A stretch of 64,000 bases of DNA, taken from positions 667,318 through 731,317 of the forward strand of contig NMRA01000088.1 in assembly GCA_002633005.1 (NCBI GenBank), written 5' to 3'. Source of the stretch: Phoronis australis (lineage: Eukaryota > Animalia > Phoronida). The notes under the pieces were generated by a model. It saw nothing but the letters and a program-made list of their open reading frames with translations. It ran no database searches and was not told the origin of the DNA. Below, piece after piece: positions 34,070 to 47,033 of this stretch (position 1 is its first letter; every line of letters starts with the position of its first letter). A program made the position numbers and the translations under genes.

Positions 34070-35155
34070 AACTAGACATTACGAGACAAACGCGGAGCGT
34101 TGAAAGGCTCCTGCTATTACACCCCAAGCGGTGTGCTTCAAGAGATGGTTTTTAGTATCATAAATATGACCATCACATGGCAAAAAATACCTCGAACCCG
34201 TCCGAAATTGTGAAGGCGTCGTCTCTCTGTTACAAAGCTTTTTGCCAAAATGCATGAAAATCCAGTAAAGGACTATAAAGATACAAAGGCAGACGAATAT
34301 GTAGAAAATAAAGTTGCCACTAGGAGGCACAGCAGTAGTCAGAGCCGTCCAAAAAGTCGTAGGCAGTCATTGTCACTTTTAGTAGACGTATAGTCATGCT
34401 TGCAAAAAATATAAAATCTCCACAAAGGGCCGCTACTGTTGTCAAACCCAGTCAGAAATCAGCGCCAACCATGAAACATAACTGCTAAGTTTAATAATGA
34501 CTCTTAGAGCACTTTGGCGGATAAAGAGGCGGACGCCAAAAGCGCACTCGAATTAATAAAAATGGCCAGTAGGTGGCGTAGAATATGTCTAATCCGCTCG
34601 GCAGTGAAAAGGCATTGTTGTCTGTTTGCCAAATTGCACGAAAATCCACCGGTAACTCAAATAACAGAGGCAAACGTAAAAATATACAATTGCCATGCAC
34701 TAGAGGGCACAGCTATAGTCAGATTGGTCTGAATTTCGTCGTTATCTGTTGTCATTTCCATAGGAACACATCTTCCTAATTTCAAAAAGATCCTCTAAAG
34801 ACTTAAGCTATGGACGAAAAAAACAAAATTGCCACTAGGAGGCGACAGTGCAGTAAAATCCGTCTGCAAATCAGCGTCAGTTGCGGTCTTCTCATCAGGA
34901 ACAAATCTGCCAATATCCATAATCATCATTTGCATTGTTAAGGCACAGAGAAGCTAACGACAAAAACGTACTAAAAGCATAAATTTTAAATGGCCTCCAG
35001 TTGACTAAAAATACGTTAAGTCCGTCCAAAAATTGAAGAAGGCGTCATTGCCGCCTTAATAGAAACCTGTCAAATTTCATGAAAATCCACCAAGGAACTC
35101 AAAAGATACAGAGGCAAACATGAAAAACTAAAATTGCCACTAGGGGGCAGAGTGG
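34070..35155 (+). mobile_element. Element with diverged ~140-bp internal tandem repeats (Helentron/HINE-like architecture)
   Basis: Starts aactagac plus a short stem-loop (ggagc..gctcc); gaaaatcca...aattgccactagg.ggc units recur at about 34250, 34635, 34790 and 35075. Confidence 0.45.
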
Positions 35156-36215
35156 TAGTGGGATGGGCTAGTCTCCTGCACACACCCTCTTGATTGGTTG
35201 GGGTCTGCTACAGCGTACTTTTCCATCGGCATACTCGGAATATCATTGGCTGTTCCGATTTCAAGAAACAAAGCATTCTATTGGTCAGTTGTATAATAGG
35301 TCAAACTAGTGCAACAACATGGCGACTTCCAGTGAAGGAATGACATTGGATTTACAGCTATATAAATCTCTCTGTTTTCATCAAACTTTCGCAGTTCAAA
35401 GCTACCGAGTCAAGGAATACATCACCATTAACGTATACGAAACATTTAATGATAATTATCTTGTATATTGTGCTGTATTCTGAAGAGATGTGAAATAATT
35501 TGTGGAAGAGATACCCAGTAGATTACCCACAAACAGTACTACAGAGCACAGTCACTTTTTTAGTCATAGCACTGAAGTGAATAACAGGAAATGAGTAGCT
35601 GAGTGAGTCGCAGCCACGGGAGTTTGTCTCGATCTTTTTAGAGCATACATTGAATTAAATTTCAGCAAAAAGCACTCTGGGTTTCAGCGGTTTTGGTGCA
35701 AAAATGGATCATTTTGTACAGTTCCAGCCAAAAAGTAAAATTAATCCTTTCGTGTGGAATTTATTTGGAAATGCACCCTTTCATGGTGACTTTTGCAATG
35801 GCCGAGTCACTGGTCAGAGGCACATTTGTTCATATGACATTTATGCAAGTCTCTCTCCTGGACCTTAACTCGTCGGCTGTTGCAATTTTTTTTTAGTTTT
35901 CACGTTCACATGATGTCAAGTGCTGCAGTTCGCAACAATCATCTGTTAAACTTCAGTCTAATTGCAAACCAACGTCCCAGATCCATTTTATAACATTCTG
36001 AAACTATTAAGGTTTACTGTAATCAAAGCATCCTGTAGTTAGACATTGTAAGCAAGCGAACTTTATAAACCTGGTTCGTTGAAATGACTGCAGTTGCAAA
36101 AACATTTCACACATATTTCAAAACTCGGGCTTGGCGTACTTCGAAGATTTTAAGTTGGGTCACTTAACCTAAATTGACGGTTTCTTGTGCGTTAGATGGG
36201 TTGGATTGTTATCCA

Positions 36216-36351
36216 GGCAATAGTCACTCACTGGCAATCCGCATTTTGAGAACCAGTTTTAACGCCTGCTATTCAGTGAAAAACAGGTTCCTGATAATCA
36301 GTGGAAAAAACTGGTTCTCAAAGTGCGGGACCCCTGTGTGAGACTATTACC
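36216..36351. mobile_element. Small fold-back MITE
   Basis: ggcaatagtc..ccgcattttgagaaccagtttt / aaaactggttctcaaagtgcgg..gactattacc. Confidence 0.7.
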
Positions 36352-38999
36352 ATCATGTTTTGCTCAGTGTTTTGAGCAACATGCTAGCGTTTCATTCTTG
36401 TGGTTATGATCTAGATAATACAGCAGTGATTTTAGTCAACATTTCGGTCTTTTCGAGCAGTTTTTCAAAACAACAAATTCGACTCTTATTGAGGGGGCCT
36501 CCTCGTGGCAAGAGCTGGGCAGTGTGAAATGCTTCAGAACATTAGTTCGCACTGGCAAACACCCTCACGTTGATTTGAAATTAAAAAACCGTGACATCAT
36601 TAATGTGTTTCTAAAAACATTTCACTCAGAGGCAACAAAACACATAACATGCCAAGAAATGTGTCTAACTAGGCATTAACATAGCTGTGAGATGCGCAAC
36701 AGGGCTACCCCCTGTTCACTGCAGACCCTTCCCCTGGTACAAATTCATTTCAGTTTTGTGCTTCCCCAGCTCCCCTCTCCCTGTCCCCTGTTCATGTAGT
36801 GCCTCCAGGTTGCCTCTCGTTTCAGTCACAATCATTGGTCGCCAACAATTTCACGTTTGGCAACCTCTATTGAATAATTCTGGCTACACCAGTGGTGTTG
36901 GGGGAATAGGTTATTAACCCTAGTGATCATAGAGTAAAAGATACTTATCTTGAGCTCACATAAAAGTAGAATAGAAAATGACAAAAAAAAATCTCGAGTT
37001 AAAAGATGAGATCTAGGGCTCGGGTGCTACTTTCATAATTGTCTATGCTTTTAAAAGACAGTGAACCTTGATGTGCAACTTGAGAGGCAGTTAGGTCTTT
37101 AGTTCGAGTCTGAGTTCGAGTTTTTACTAGAAACTTTTGAGTTTTTACTCAAATGTTTACATGTTACTACACGAGACGCTGGATGAATGGCAACAGCGTT
37201 GCTGGCTACTTGCAGAGTAGATTCGCCGTGCGTTATTGCCGATTTTTGGCGTTGCGATTTTGGAGTTTATTTCAGTTTTGAACATCGATTTCTCGGCGAT
37301 GCGTAAACGGATTGCTACAAAATTTCGAATACTTGCTAATTGATACCTTCCGAAGAGAACGAGTTCTCAGAATCTCAATTTGGTATGAATTTTTTTTTTT
37401 TGGAACGAAGCCATCAAAAATCAAGAGTACGACCATTTTTGCTCAAAATGCTCTAAAAAGTAGATAATTAAAAAATTAAGACCTATTTCAAAACTCTGAG
37501 AAACTGTTCCCTCTAAAATGCCGTTATCAACATGTTGATAAAAGATTGTAGAAACAATATTTTTAAAATCTCTGTTCAAAGTCAAAAATGTTTTACTAAA
37601 AAACGCATTTCTCGTGAAAAAAGATAAGTAAATAAGAAGAATAAATTTTGTTAGGAAATTTATTCAATTTAAAGAAAATATGTATTTTGTAGGAATTACA
37701 GCTAACAGTATTTAAGACGTTCGCACATAAATACAGCTTGGTAAACAAGCGTTCAGTTACCGAGTTACGTAAACCCTTTGAGATAAGGACTTCTGGTCTC
37801 ACGTAAGACGCTACGAACCGTATTGTGTTGTTAGAAACATCAACTCTATTCACAGAACGAGCTTTGAGCCTTTCTTATAACAGTGAGGGGCTATTCAAGA
37901 GATGTTTCAGTTACAGAAAACACTGGTTTAATGACACCGTAATTATCAAACCCCAAATATTCAAAGTTTGATGACACATTTTACACTAGGATTTGCACTT
38001 GGTAGACCTGAGTTCTCAATAACAAGGAGACGGGCGCGTTGGGAATTCTTTTGCGTGTTTCAAAATGCGGGAAAGCTACCTTTGTGTGTATTAGATTACA
38101 TGTAGCTGCACCAATAACGAGTGTACTTTTGAACTACAGGCTCACCTTCTGGTCGTCAGAGCGGCAAATGGTCATTAGCGTTTGCACTAATAGGCCTTAT
38201 TCAATAAATGGTATTGTGCCGTGGTTTTGACTCACAAGCGAAATTGAAACCTATAACTGTCGCCGACTGCAATTAGCAAAGCGACTTCCTGGAACGACCG
38301 ATTCACCGATTACTCGGTTATTTCTTTATTAGGTTTTGCAAAATCATAATCACTTACCAGAGAAACACTCTCTTGGGACCTGTAAATTTAGCCCGGTCTA
38401 CAACATGTTTGATGGTCTGTGTTGTCGCGGTGGTGCAATGGCTCAAAATGCTACTTAGATACGTGTCATTAAACTGAGTGCCTACGTTTGAATAATTGAT
38501 CGTCGACTGTTGTACACAGTGAGTACAAAATACGTCTGTTAGCCTATCGTGTATGCCAGTCACCCGACTCGTACGTCCTCAATTAAGCCAGTAGTCAATT
38601 CACTTACTTGTATTTGTATATTTCGTCCGTCTCCATTTCTCTCTTTTGCCTTTTTACTATTCATGACACAGCTGGGGAACCTAGAATTTTCAAAATGCAC
38701 TATCGAAAGTCGTTCTACTCTCGAGGCTGCTTGGACTATATTGACAGAAGGCTACCATTATTTCACGTATAATGATAGAGGTCAGTGTGACGTCTGGGGA
38801 CGCGTTCCGCAGACGAAAGACACTCGCGAGTCATGTTGGTGTCAGTAGTGCAAAGCCCGTTTCTAGTATTCTCGCGTCGTGCTGTGGGTCTAACTACCAG
38901 GGCACGCACATAAGGTTGAGCAACAGCCTCCTTCACATCCTGCTGTTTTTAGGTACATCTTCGATAATTTTATATCTTAGTGATCGGTTTGTAGCAAAC

Positions 39000-39550
39000 T
39001 TTATCCCATATGCGTTGAATAAGTCGAGTGCAATACGGCCGTGTGATATTGTTTTCCGAATTCATCCCTCGCACTACTTCAACAGTGCCCTCTGACACGG
39101 AAAGTTCAGAAGGTAGGTCAATGTCGACTCGACGTCGTTAGCCGATTCGATCTTCAAATTTTCCAAAAGTAGTTTAAAATATAAACAGTATAAACAACAC
39201 TCAACATGCAATCAGGTCTCTAACGTAACATCTGGTACAAAACTGTTTATTACATGACACTTCTGTCTCAGTTTTCAATTGCTAAATATCATATCGTCTG
39301 TAACTCAGGCGCCGATTCGTCGGTATCTACAATATCAAATATTCTTGTTATTTAACTATTTTCATGAACTGTTACAAGTTCAATGCATGTTTACCGTTGT
39401 TTTCATCTTTGTTATCTATTTTCAAGTAATGAATCGTTACATTTAAAACGGTTTCTTTTACTAGAGAAAACTTGCAACCTAACGTGCAAGCACATACATA
39501 TAGGATGCGATCCGCTACGTGAACAGTCTGGTTGAAGTTTTTAAAAAACT
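39000..39550 (+). repeat. Interspersed/local repeat, uninterrupted copy; second copy split as 42133-42316 plus 45827-46195
   Basis: Collinear blocks such as aaggtaggtcaatgtcgactcgacgtc and acactcaacatgcaatc, ttctgtctcagtttt and ctagagaaaacttg. Confidence 0.85.
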
Positions 39551-39556
39551 TACGCA

Positions 39557-39705
39557 GGAGGCAATGTGGCCTAGTGTGATAGGTGCCCGACTTCTTTACT
39601 CGAGGTCGTGGGTTCGAGTCCCACTGGGCCACACTGCTAGACCCTTAAGTCAGGTTTCTAGCTTCTCAGCTGGGTTTTAACTATATATTAATAAATCACA
39701 AAAAT
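39557..39705 (+). mobile_element. tRNA-derived SINE
   Basis: Pol III A box TGGCCTAGTG at 39567 and B box GGTTCGAGTCC at 39611; no proper cloverleaf; A-rich end. Confidence 0.65.
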
Positions 39706-41679
39706 AGTTCCGTGTGATCAGTGCAATGGACCCCCATGCGCGGCCTGCGCACGTCTGGAACAACGTGTACCAAACCGCCTGCAATTATTTTATACAAAAG
39801 AAACTTACGAGTTCGAAGAGTATGGGATAACTACAAAACGTACTTCGATTGGCATAGATAAAGTAATATCCCTATCGACATTATTCCACGTATCAATACG
39901 TTTTATGAATGTATTCATGTTTTAGTATTTCTTAAGAAGTACTGTGCGAATTATTGTTTTCTATATTTCAATATGTGCTATAATGGTGAACGTGCAGTGT
40001 CTGCATGTGTGTACGTGCTTGACAGAGAGTGTTGTCTTACTTGAATTATTAAATGAATTCCCTTGTTAAAAAAAATCTCGCGCTCGCTTCATGGTGACGG
40101 GTCTCTGTCAAACTAAACGCCAAATAGTGGATAACGGTGGACTGGTGGTGATTGTGTAACGTAACCAATTGCTGATTAAAGACAAAATAGATATAGATGC
40201 GAGAAAGACAAAAGGTTACTAAACAAATAACTAAAGTTAATTGGGGAATGAACAAGTCAGTTTTGCAAAATCAAAAATAAACAAGTCAAAGACAGACCAG
40301 TGAAGAATTCATGAGGACAAGTTGCACTGCGTTGGGTGTACTCAATCGACTATGACAAGCTGCTGCTGGGCTGCGCTAGGAGAATGTACTAACCCCAGGA
40401 CACTTGTCATTTTCCGCATTCAGAAATTGTAAGAGCCCTGAAATGTTGCTTAGATATATGAGCATACACATTCCATAGATCACAGTTTCCTCTACATTTC
40501 TCTGACTTAAACCATATGGCTGTGATTACTAGTTTGGGAGATATTGGCAGGTTTATGTAATTGTACACACATACTTGAATTATATGACTGGAGCCAGACG
40601 TGAGATGATGACAGTGGATCAGTTTTCTTTCACTAAGGCTGTGATGAAGATGTACATATGGTGAAAATCTCCATTAAATTCTGGACAACTTTTATGTTGG
40701 CTTCTTTTCCGTGAAATTAACATTTCCCCTTCAAATTTCCTATTTAAAATTGTCATGACATTAGTCTGGGTGACCTTCATAACAGCTTAGTGCACAGCAG
40801 TAGTGGTGACCTACTTAGCTCAGCACACAGGGAAAGTTGGCTGAATAGAGGCACAGCCTTCGCATTGGTCTGCTGTTATCACGTGCCTCGAGTTTGGTCA
40901 GCTCTTGGCTCTTATAGGCTGATGATTGCCACGTGTCTTTAGGGGCGTTTTTCTTTAAACCTCGCTTTCAGTTCACTTTGTTCCGGCCACATTGTTGTAC
41001 GTCAAAACTCATTCAATTTTCCCACCCTCTTCCTCCCAGTTTTCGTCATTCTCTCGTACTTCCACGTGGCCGGCGCTTTTTATTGCCCATCTTACCAGAG
41101 ATTACCTATTATACGTTATTTACCTGTATTCATTTTATTGTAATTGTACTAGTCATAATAAATGACCTTATATCGCCTACCTCGGTCTCCTTTTCATCTC
41201 TGGTAACGAGCTTGCGACTCACGTATCATTTATCTATTATTCGGGACATATGTCGATCATAAAATTGTACGATGTCGCTTCTGAAAAATCAGATTAATCG
41301 TTTTTCGATGATTTCTAAGTCGAGGCTAGTCCAGATAGCAATCAGTCCTTTGTCTAGCGTTCCTCTACCCTTTTGTCCGTGAAACATCGGAGTCTCTAAC
41401 GCATCCTGGGTCCGTGAGCCCTCATCTAATCATGGCATGTAGGCCTAACTAACATTTGATTAATAAATACAAATATATTTTACTGCATAGTACAACAAAT
41501 ACAAGTGAATAACCCGGCATTAACGTGAGTTTTTATCAAGATTACCAGAGAGACAGTGTGGACAAGATCACGGCTTTTTCACGTGAAACACCGCCAGTGA
41601 TGGACGGACTGGTTGGTCGTTAGACATAACGGTCCGATTTGAACAATCCAGCGTACCTCGTACTATAAAACAGCCCGCA

Positions 41680-41920
41680 CTCATAACAGCATACCTGAAC
41701 ATTAATAGCCTGCGACATAAAGTGAACAATGCCCTTGACAGGCTGCAGAGGGTCCCAGTAGATATTTTATGAGTAGTGGAAACTAGGCTTTATAAAACTT
41801 TTCCGAGTGCACCATTTAACATTGACTATTGTAGATCCTTTCCACAGGAACTGAATGATTGTGGACTATGGGCGATATGCATTCTGACATTCCACGTCGG
41901 CGTGTAAATGACCTCGAGAC
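41680..41920 (+). mobile_element. Decayed CR1/L2-group LINE AP-endonuclease N-terminus
   Basis: LITAYLNINSLRHK...DIL*VVETRLYKTFP..FNI, then frameshifted SDIPRRRVNDLE. Confidence 0.7.
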
Positions 41921-42456
41921 AGATTTTCTAAAGACTTGTAAAAGTTGGTTCGGGAGGTACACCTAATCAATCCTAGAAGGTACATGTAGCAGGCCATTGT
42001 TGGACCTGCACCGTCTTTAGTGATGCCTCGATATATCGTATCTTCTAGATATCACCCGCACTTCTCCAGAACTATGTGGTTAGCTAGAGCACGAGATCTA
42101 GATATGGCATGCAGGCGTTTAGTAACTTGAAATTCATCCCATAAGCATTGAATCAGCCGAGTGCAATACGGCCATGTGATATTGATTTCCGTATACCCCT
42201 CCCGGACTAATTCAACAGCACCCTCTGACGTGAAAAGTTCAAAGGTAGGTCAATGTCGACTCGACGTCATTAGCCGGTTCGATCATAAAACTTTCCCAAA
42301 ATAATTTAAAGTAATACAATGGGGCTATTCGGAGAATTCACCTCGCGGTGTCGCTGCTGTACTAGTGGTGATTGAATTGCGCATGCGTGGCTGTCTGCAT
42401 GTAAACAACTGGTAAAAGATGCAATTTTTATCAAAATACGTCGTCGCGCTAAGCCT

Positions 42457-42610
42457 TATTACTGCTAATTTCCCTGGTGCAAGTCTTCGACAGGTGGCCA
42501 CAAATTCCCAAAAGACCCATGGTTACTTTATTCGTGGACAATTGCGGTCAACAGGGTCAACTAACTGACAAAAAGTGTGTGGATGCTGAAGCCCCGTGTG
42601 TGCTCTATGA
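42457..42610 (+). pseudogene. THAP zinc finger of the transposase (stop-interrupted)
   Basis: YYC*FPWCKSSTGGHKFPKDPWLLYSWTIAVNRVN*LTKSVWMLKPRVCS. Confidence 0.75.
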
Positions 42611-43689
42611 CTATGCAGTTCCATTCGGAGACTACACAACGTTACTTGGTAAGATTTTAGCAATCAGTTTCTATCAACATCGTTCGGTGATGTTATCCCC
42701 ACCAGTTACCCCACTGAATAACAGTTTTATTGAGTGGAACTAAGTGTTTCTTTTTGGAAACTCACCCGATGCCGGGTAGGCTAGCAGCACATATTCATAT
42801 TGTCCTGGGTGGGAGTGCTCCCAAAATAAGAGGTGTATGGTACGTGATGCACAGAAGTCAAGAGTGACTTTTTCACAGCAGTTTCTCTTCAAAACTATGC
42901 TGTTTCCAATAAAATTCTCTAGATGAGTGAGTTTCCTTATTTTATCGTGGACCCCACCCCCAGGACCACCAGCTCAGTTATCGAATTAACATGAATAAGC
43001 CTTAATTCAGTAAATGTCGTAACATTGCATTGGAAAAAAATTGACACCTAGAATGAATTTTACTTGTTGAGATCAGAAGCACATTTTAAGTGTCATGAAA
43101 AATACACATTGTTAAATCACTTTTAGCCTGTTTCACATATTTTAATTCAGATATTAAATAAGACTTGGGTACAAAGGTTATTAGTTTCTACACATAAACA
43201 TGAAGATGAAATGTCAAGTATGTTCTGCCTTACAAAAGTAGTTTTGTCTTGTCTTTTCTTTTACAATTTGCTAATATTTCTATTCTGTTACAGGCAAGAA
43301 AAAACAACTGAAACCAACCGCCTGACCATCTATTTCACCGTTGGACAAAGTGAAAAGCAATCCTTCAGCAATAACCTGAGAGAATTGAACGTAATTCAGA
43401 AATTCAGCACCTGATATGCCTGATTATGGACTCCCTCGCAATGTTGTTTCTTTCTGTGCTTTTTCAGTTTGCCATTTGTTTTTAAATACACTGATAATTG
43501 TTTATTCTCGAATCTTGTGCATAGCAGATTCTTATCCAGCTAGCTACAATTGAAAACATACAATAAGACAATCGATGCAGTCACTGAATGTCATTTCCCC
43601 ATAATCTGTACCAAATTGAAAAGTTTTTACCAATAGTATAAAGCCTTTCTTCTGAAAGGAAAATTTAATGTCACTCAGCTTTTGGCTTT

Positions 43690-45730
43690 CATTTCACTGG
43701 GTTCTAGTTTCAATGGCCTATAGAAGCGCTTGTAAAAAAGGTCCAGTTTCAACACGTGGCTTTCTTTCATGTAACCTCATTCAGCCTCAATAACATCCAC
43801 AATTAGACCCTTGAAGGTAAACACAGCAGCATATCACTTGAATCGTTTTGAGCCCAAAATCAGACTCTGAACTAGACCAGAGTGTGACTAGGTCTTCTTT
43901 AGCTTCAGTCCCTCATGTTTCTTCCAGGAAAGGAAATAAGCTATTGTCCACACATGACTCATTGCCTATGAAAGGGCATCCTCACCAACAAGGCTTATTT
44001 GTGTAGCAGTCAGATATAGTTCATCTGGATACACAGACACTCCACTGGCACATTGTCTTATGGTAACTTAGTACTGCGATTCACATTTCTCCAGGGCCAC
44101 TGACTTGCACATTGTGCCATGCAGCACTGCTGGTGTGTGGAAGTGCTGTGGGAAGAGAACGGAGTAACAAAGCTTGTCTATGATACAGCTTGAAGTGGCC
44201 TTAAAATGTCACTGAACCTGGAACAAATATTGAAATATGAATAATTAAGTACTCCAGATTGGATCAAAAATGTTATCCCTGTTTTTCAAAAATATATGGT
44301 GATTGGTCTACAGTTTCACATAAAAGTAAATAATTACTATTTTCAGAAACCAAGGGTGTATATAATGAGTATTGCATAAAACTGTGTCTTTATTTTTTAT
44401 CCCTAGCCATAACAATTCTTTAAACGCATCACTTGTCTGTAAAATATACAAGTTTTTTGAGACAACTTCAAACCTTTGTTACCCATTTTCAAGCCTTTTT
44501 AATTTTGATACTTTCAGCAATTTTAAACTCAGATTACAGGTTCATGGGTCTGTCAAGCATACTTCTAGCCTAAGGTTGAGGGAACCGTTTTTCTTCTAAT
44601 AGAAGATATGAAGACTTGGGTCATTTAAAAATGATGGATAATCTTTCTGTTGTTTAAGAGTAATTACAAATCGTAAGGCACCATCAAAAATGCAATTTTC
44701 ACAAAAATGGCAGTCATTTGAATTTATAACGACTTGCAACATTTAAAGGCATGAGTTAAGACTATTCAGTCACTGTGAATTCGGAAAATGTAATATATTT
44801 TCGTGGTTTTACAATTGATACAAGTAGCAAAACAGTTTCATGAAATCAACTTGAAGGGACTTTGTGAAGGTTAAGAATTACCTCACCATGCTCTTTTCCC
44901 CAAACATGTATCACCTGTTATTTCCACACATTCAGTTGTACCAAATATTACAACCCCCCATGCCAATCCCCCCTCGGGACCTGAATAAGTAATTTAACAA
45001 AATGACTTTAAAAATAGCTGTTCCTTTTCAAAGGCTTTGTTCGTTGTCTCCAATATTGAAAGTAGGCTTTGACAACAGATCTGCACTGGATGGGAAGATC
45101 TTGTTGGTTAGCTGCAGTCAAATGCTAAAAACCAATTTTTGTCCATTCAGGGACAGTGCAGAAGCGATGCATATCTCCTCTGCACGGTACAAGCCTTCAA
45201 ACCTAAAAACCAAAGGTTACGTGAAAACTGACGTGATAGATTTCCATTTCAACGTGTAATAGATTTCCAGAAGACATATGATAGGGAGTAAACAAATAAT
45301 CTAATGCAATGGATATTTATCACTCACGTACCCTCTGCCATTGGGATTGGATTGTAATCTTCATTAACCTGTATCGAGTTGACAACATAAACATTCAGCA
45401 TTGATTGATGTAACTGTCACTGATAAACTTTTAGAAATCATTCCAAACAATAATAATGGTTTGATGTACGAAAAGATCCCGATTGCTACGTCAAGTATCG
45501 TATCACATATCACAACGTACAAAGATTAACTCTGGCTGGCGACCGACTGCCGCGAAGTCGACGTCGGCGAGTGCCTGAGTTAACAGGCATCGGTAGAATA
45601 ATCATGGAATAATCGTTAAAATAATCACAAACCTTACCTTTGCACGAGGTCGTGCTTACTTCCTCTCATAGAAGCACTCTTTTTACGCAATCTCAGAATC
45701 AGTTGGCACGGCTGCAAGCCATTTCACCAT
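43690..45730 (-). pseudogene. Spliced SAP-domain plus YqaJ-like (lambda-exonuclease fold) nuclease pseudogene
   Basis: SAP-like LRKKSASMRGSKHDLVQR|gtaag ends at 45638. YqaJ-like HTPAVLHGTMCKSVALEKCESQY*VTIRQC..GVSVYPDELYLTAT..LVGED..GLKLKK..VFTFKGLIVDVI..KLDLF lies at about 43730-44150. Confidence 0.65.
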
Positions 45731-47033
45731 GTATTTAAAGGGCTCGCGAAATCGAGGCTGTTAATCTATCACCACTAGTACACGCACGCCCTCTAGTTAT
45801 TGTAGATTTTCCAAATAGCCCCATTGCAGTAGTACAAATTACACTCAACATGCAATCATGTCCCAAACGTAACATGTGTAACAAACTTGTTAATTATATG
45901 ACATTTCTGTCTCAGTTTTAAATTGCTAAATATTATACCGTCTGTAACTCAGTCGCCGATTCCTCCTGAACTACAATATCAAATATTGTTGTTATTTAAG
46001 TGTTTTCACGAAATGTTAGAGGTTCAGTGCACAATTACGTTGTTTTCATCTTTAATATATCTTTTCAAGTAATACAACGTTACATTTAAAACTGTGACTT
46101 TTGCTAGAGAAAACTTGTATACCTAACGCGCAAGAACATACATATAGGAAGTGATCGGCCACGTGAACTGTCTGGTTGAAGTATTTAAAAAATCTGCCGA
46201 AAAATGAAAGAAATTTTGGAATTACAAGCGTATTGGATTCGGTCTCGGTCGATACGCGGAATGATGTTTCGTGGGATATTACATCATCTACGCCACTCTC
46301 GGCACGTTTTGTTTAAGTATAGACCGAGTCTAACAATGACATCACAGCTGGTGCACAACAGCTAGCAACTGAAACTAACAGATTGTGTGAGAACGTATTC
46401 AATCAATTTATTTTCAGGTGATAAGTTCACTGCCCCATATTACAAAACATAACATATAACCAATTCTGTCACACTTGCGCACATATTTTACAATAGATTC
46501 GCGTATTTCTTTAAAGATTTGCTCAGGTTTCTTAATTCTTTTATGTTGTTTGTTTTCATCATATTTGCAAAAGTACTGTCGACTATGTTTCTGACAGAGG
46601 GTAAGTATTTTGGCGAAGATTGTTGTATAAAGAGTACACTAATAAAACTGAATTTCATTTTCAACAACATTCAAGTCACTAATACCACATCCTTTGTGAA
46701 TGTACAGTACTCGTTCTTTAACCTGCTTTTGACTTTAAATTGGATTGAGTTCATCTGAACAAAGTTTTCAATATGGATTACATAGTTTTCAATTACTAGA
46801 TAATTTCTAACAGTCGGTATACATCGAGACTGGTCTGCTCCAAAAGTTTTCTATTCCAATATTTTTACACATACTTCAAGATTAATTAACAAAAATCTCC
46901 TTGGTTAATCCACACAATCCTAAAACCAGTTGAGCATAAAAACCCCAGCTATCTCTACAACTTTTAGCAAATTCATATTGCACAGCGTAACATGCTTTGG
47001 CGTATCTATTTTGTAGAAACTTGATAGTTTTAG

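Larger units (their letters stand above)
42321..45822. mobile_element. ISL2EU-type (PHIS group) DNA transposon, decayed; convergent THAP-transposase and SAP/YqaJ exonuclease genes
   Basis: caAT|ggggctattcggagaat ... attttccaaatagcccc|ATtg; subterminal tgtactagtggtgat at both ends; internal domain remnants are listed separately. Confidence 0.75.

Noticed and set aside
39557-39632. tRNA gene
   Set aside because: A and B boxes are present but there is no acceptor or anticodon stem pairing; a SINE head is more likely.
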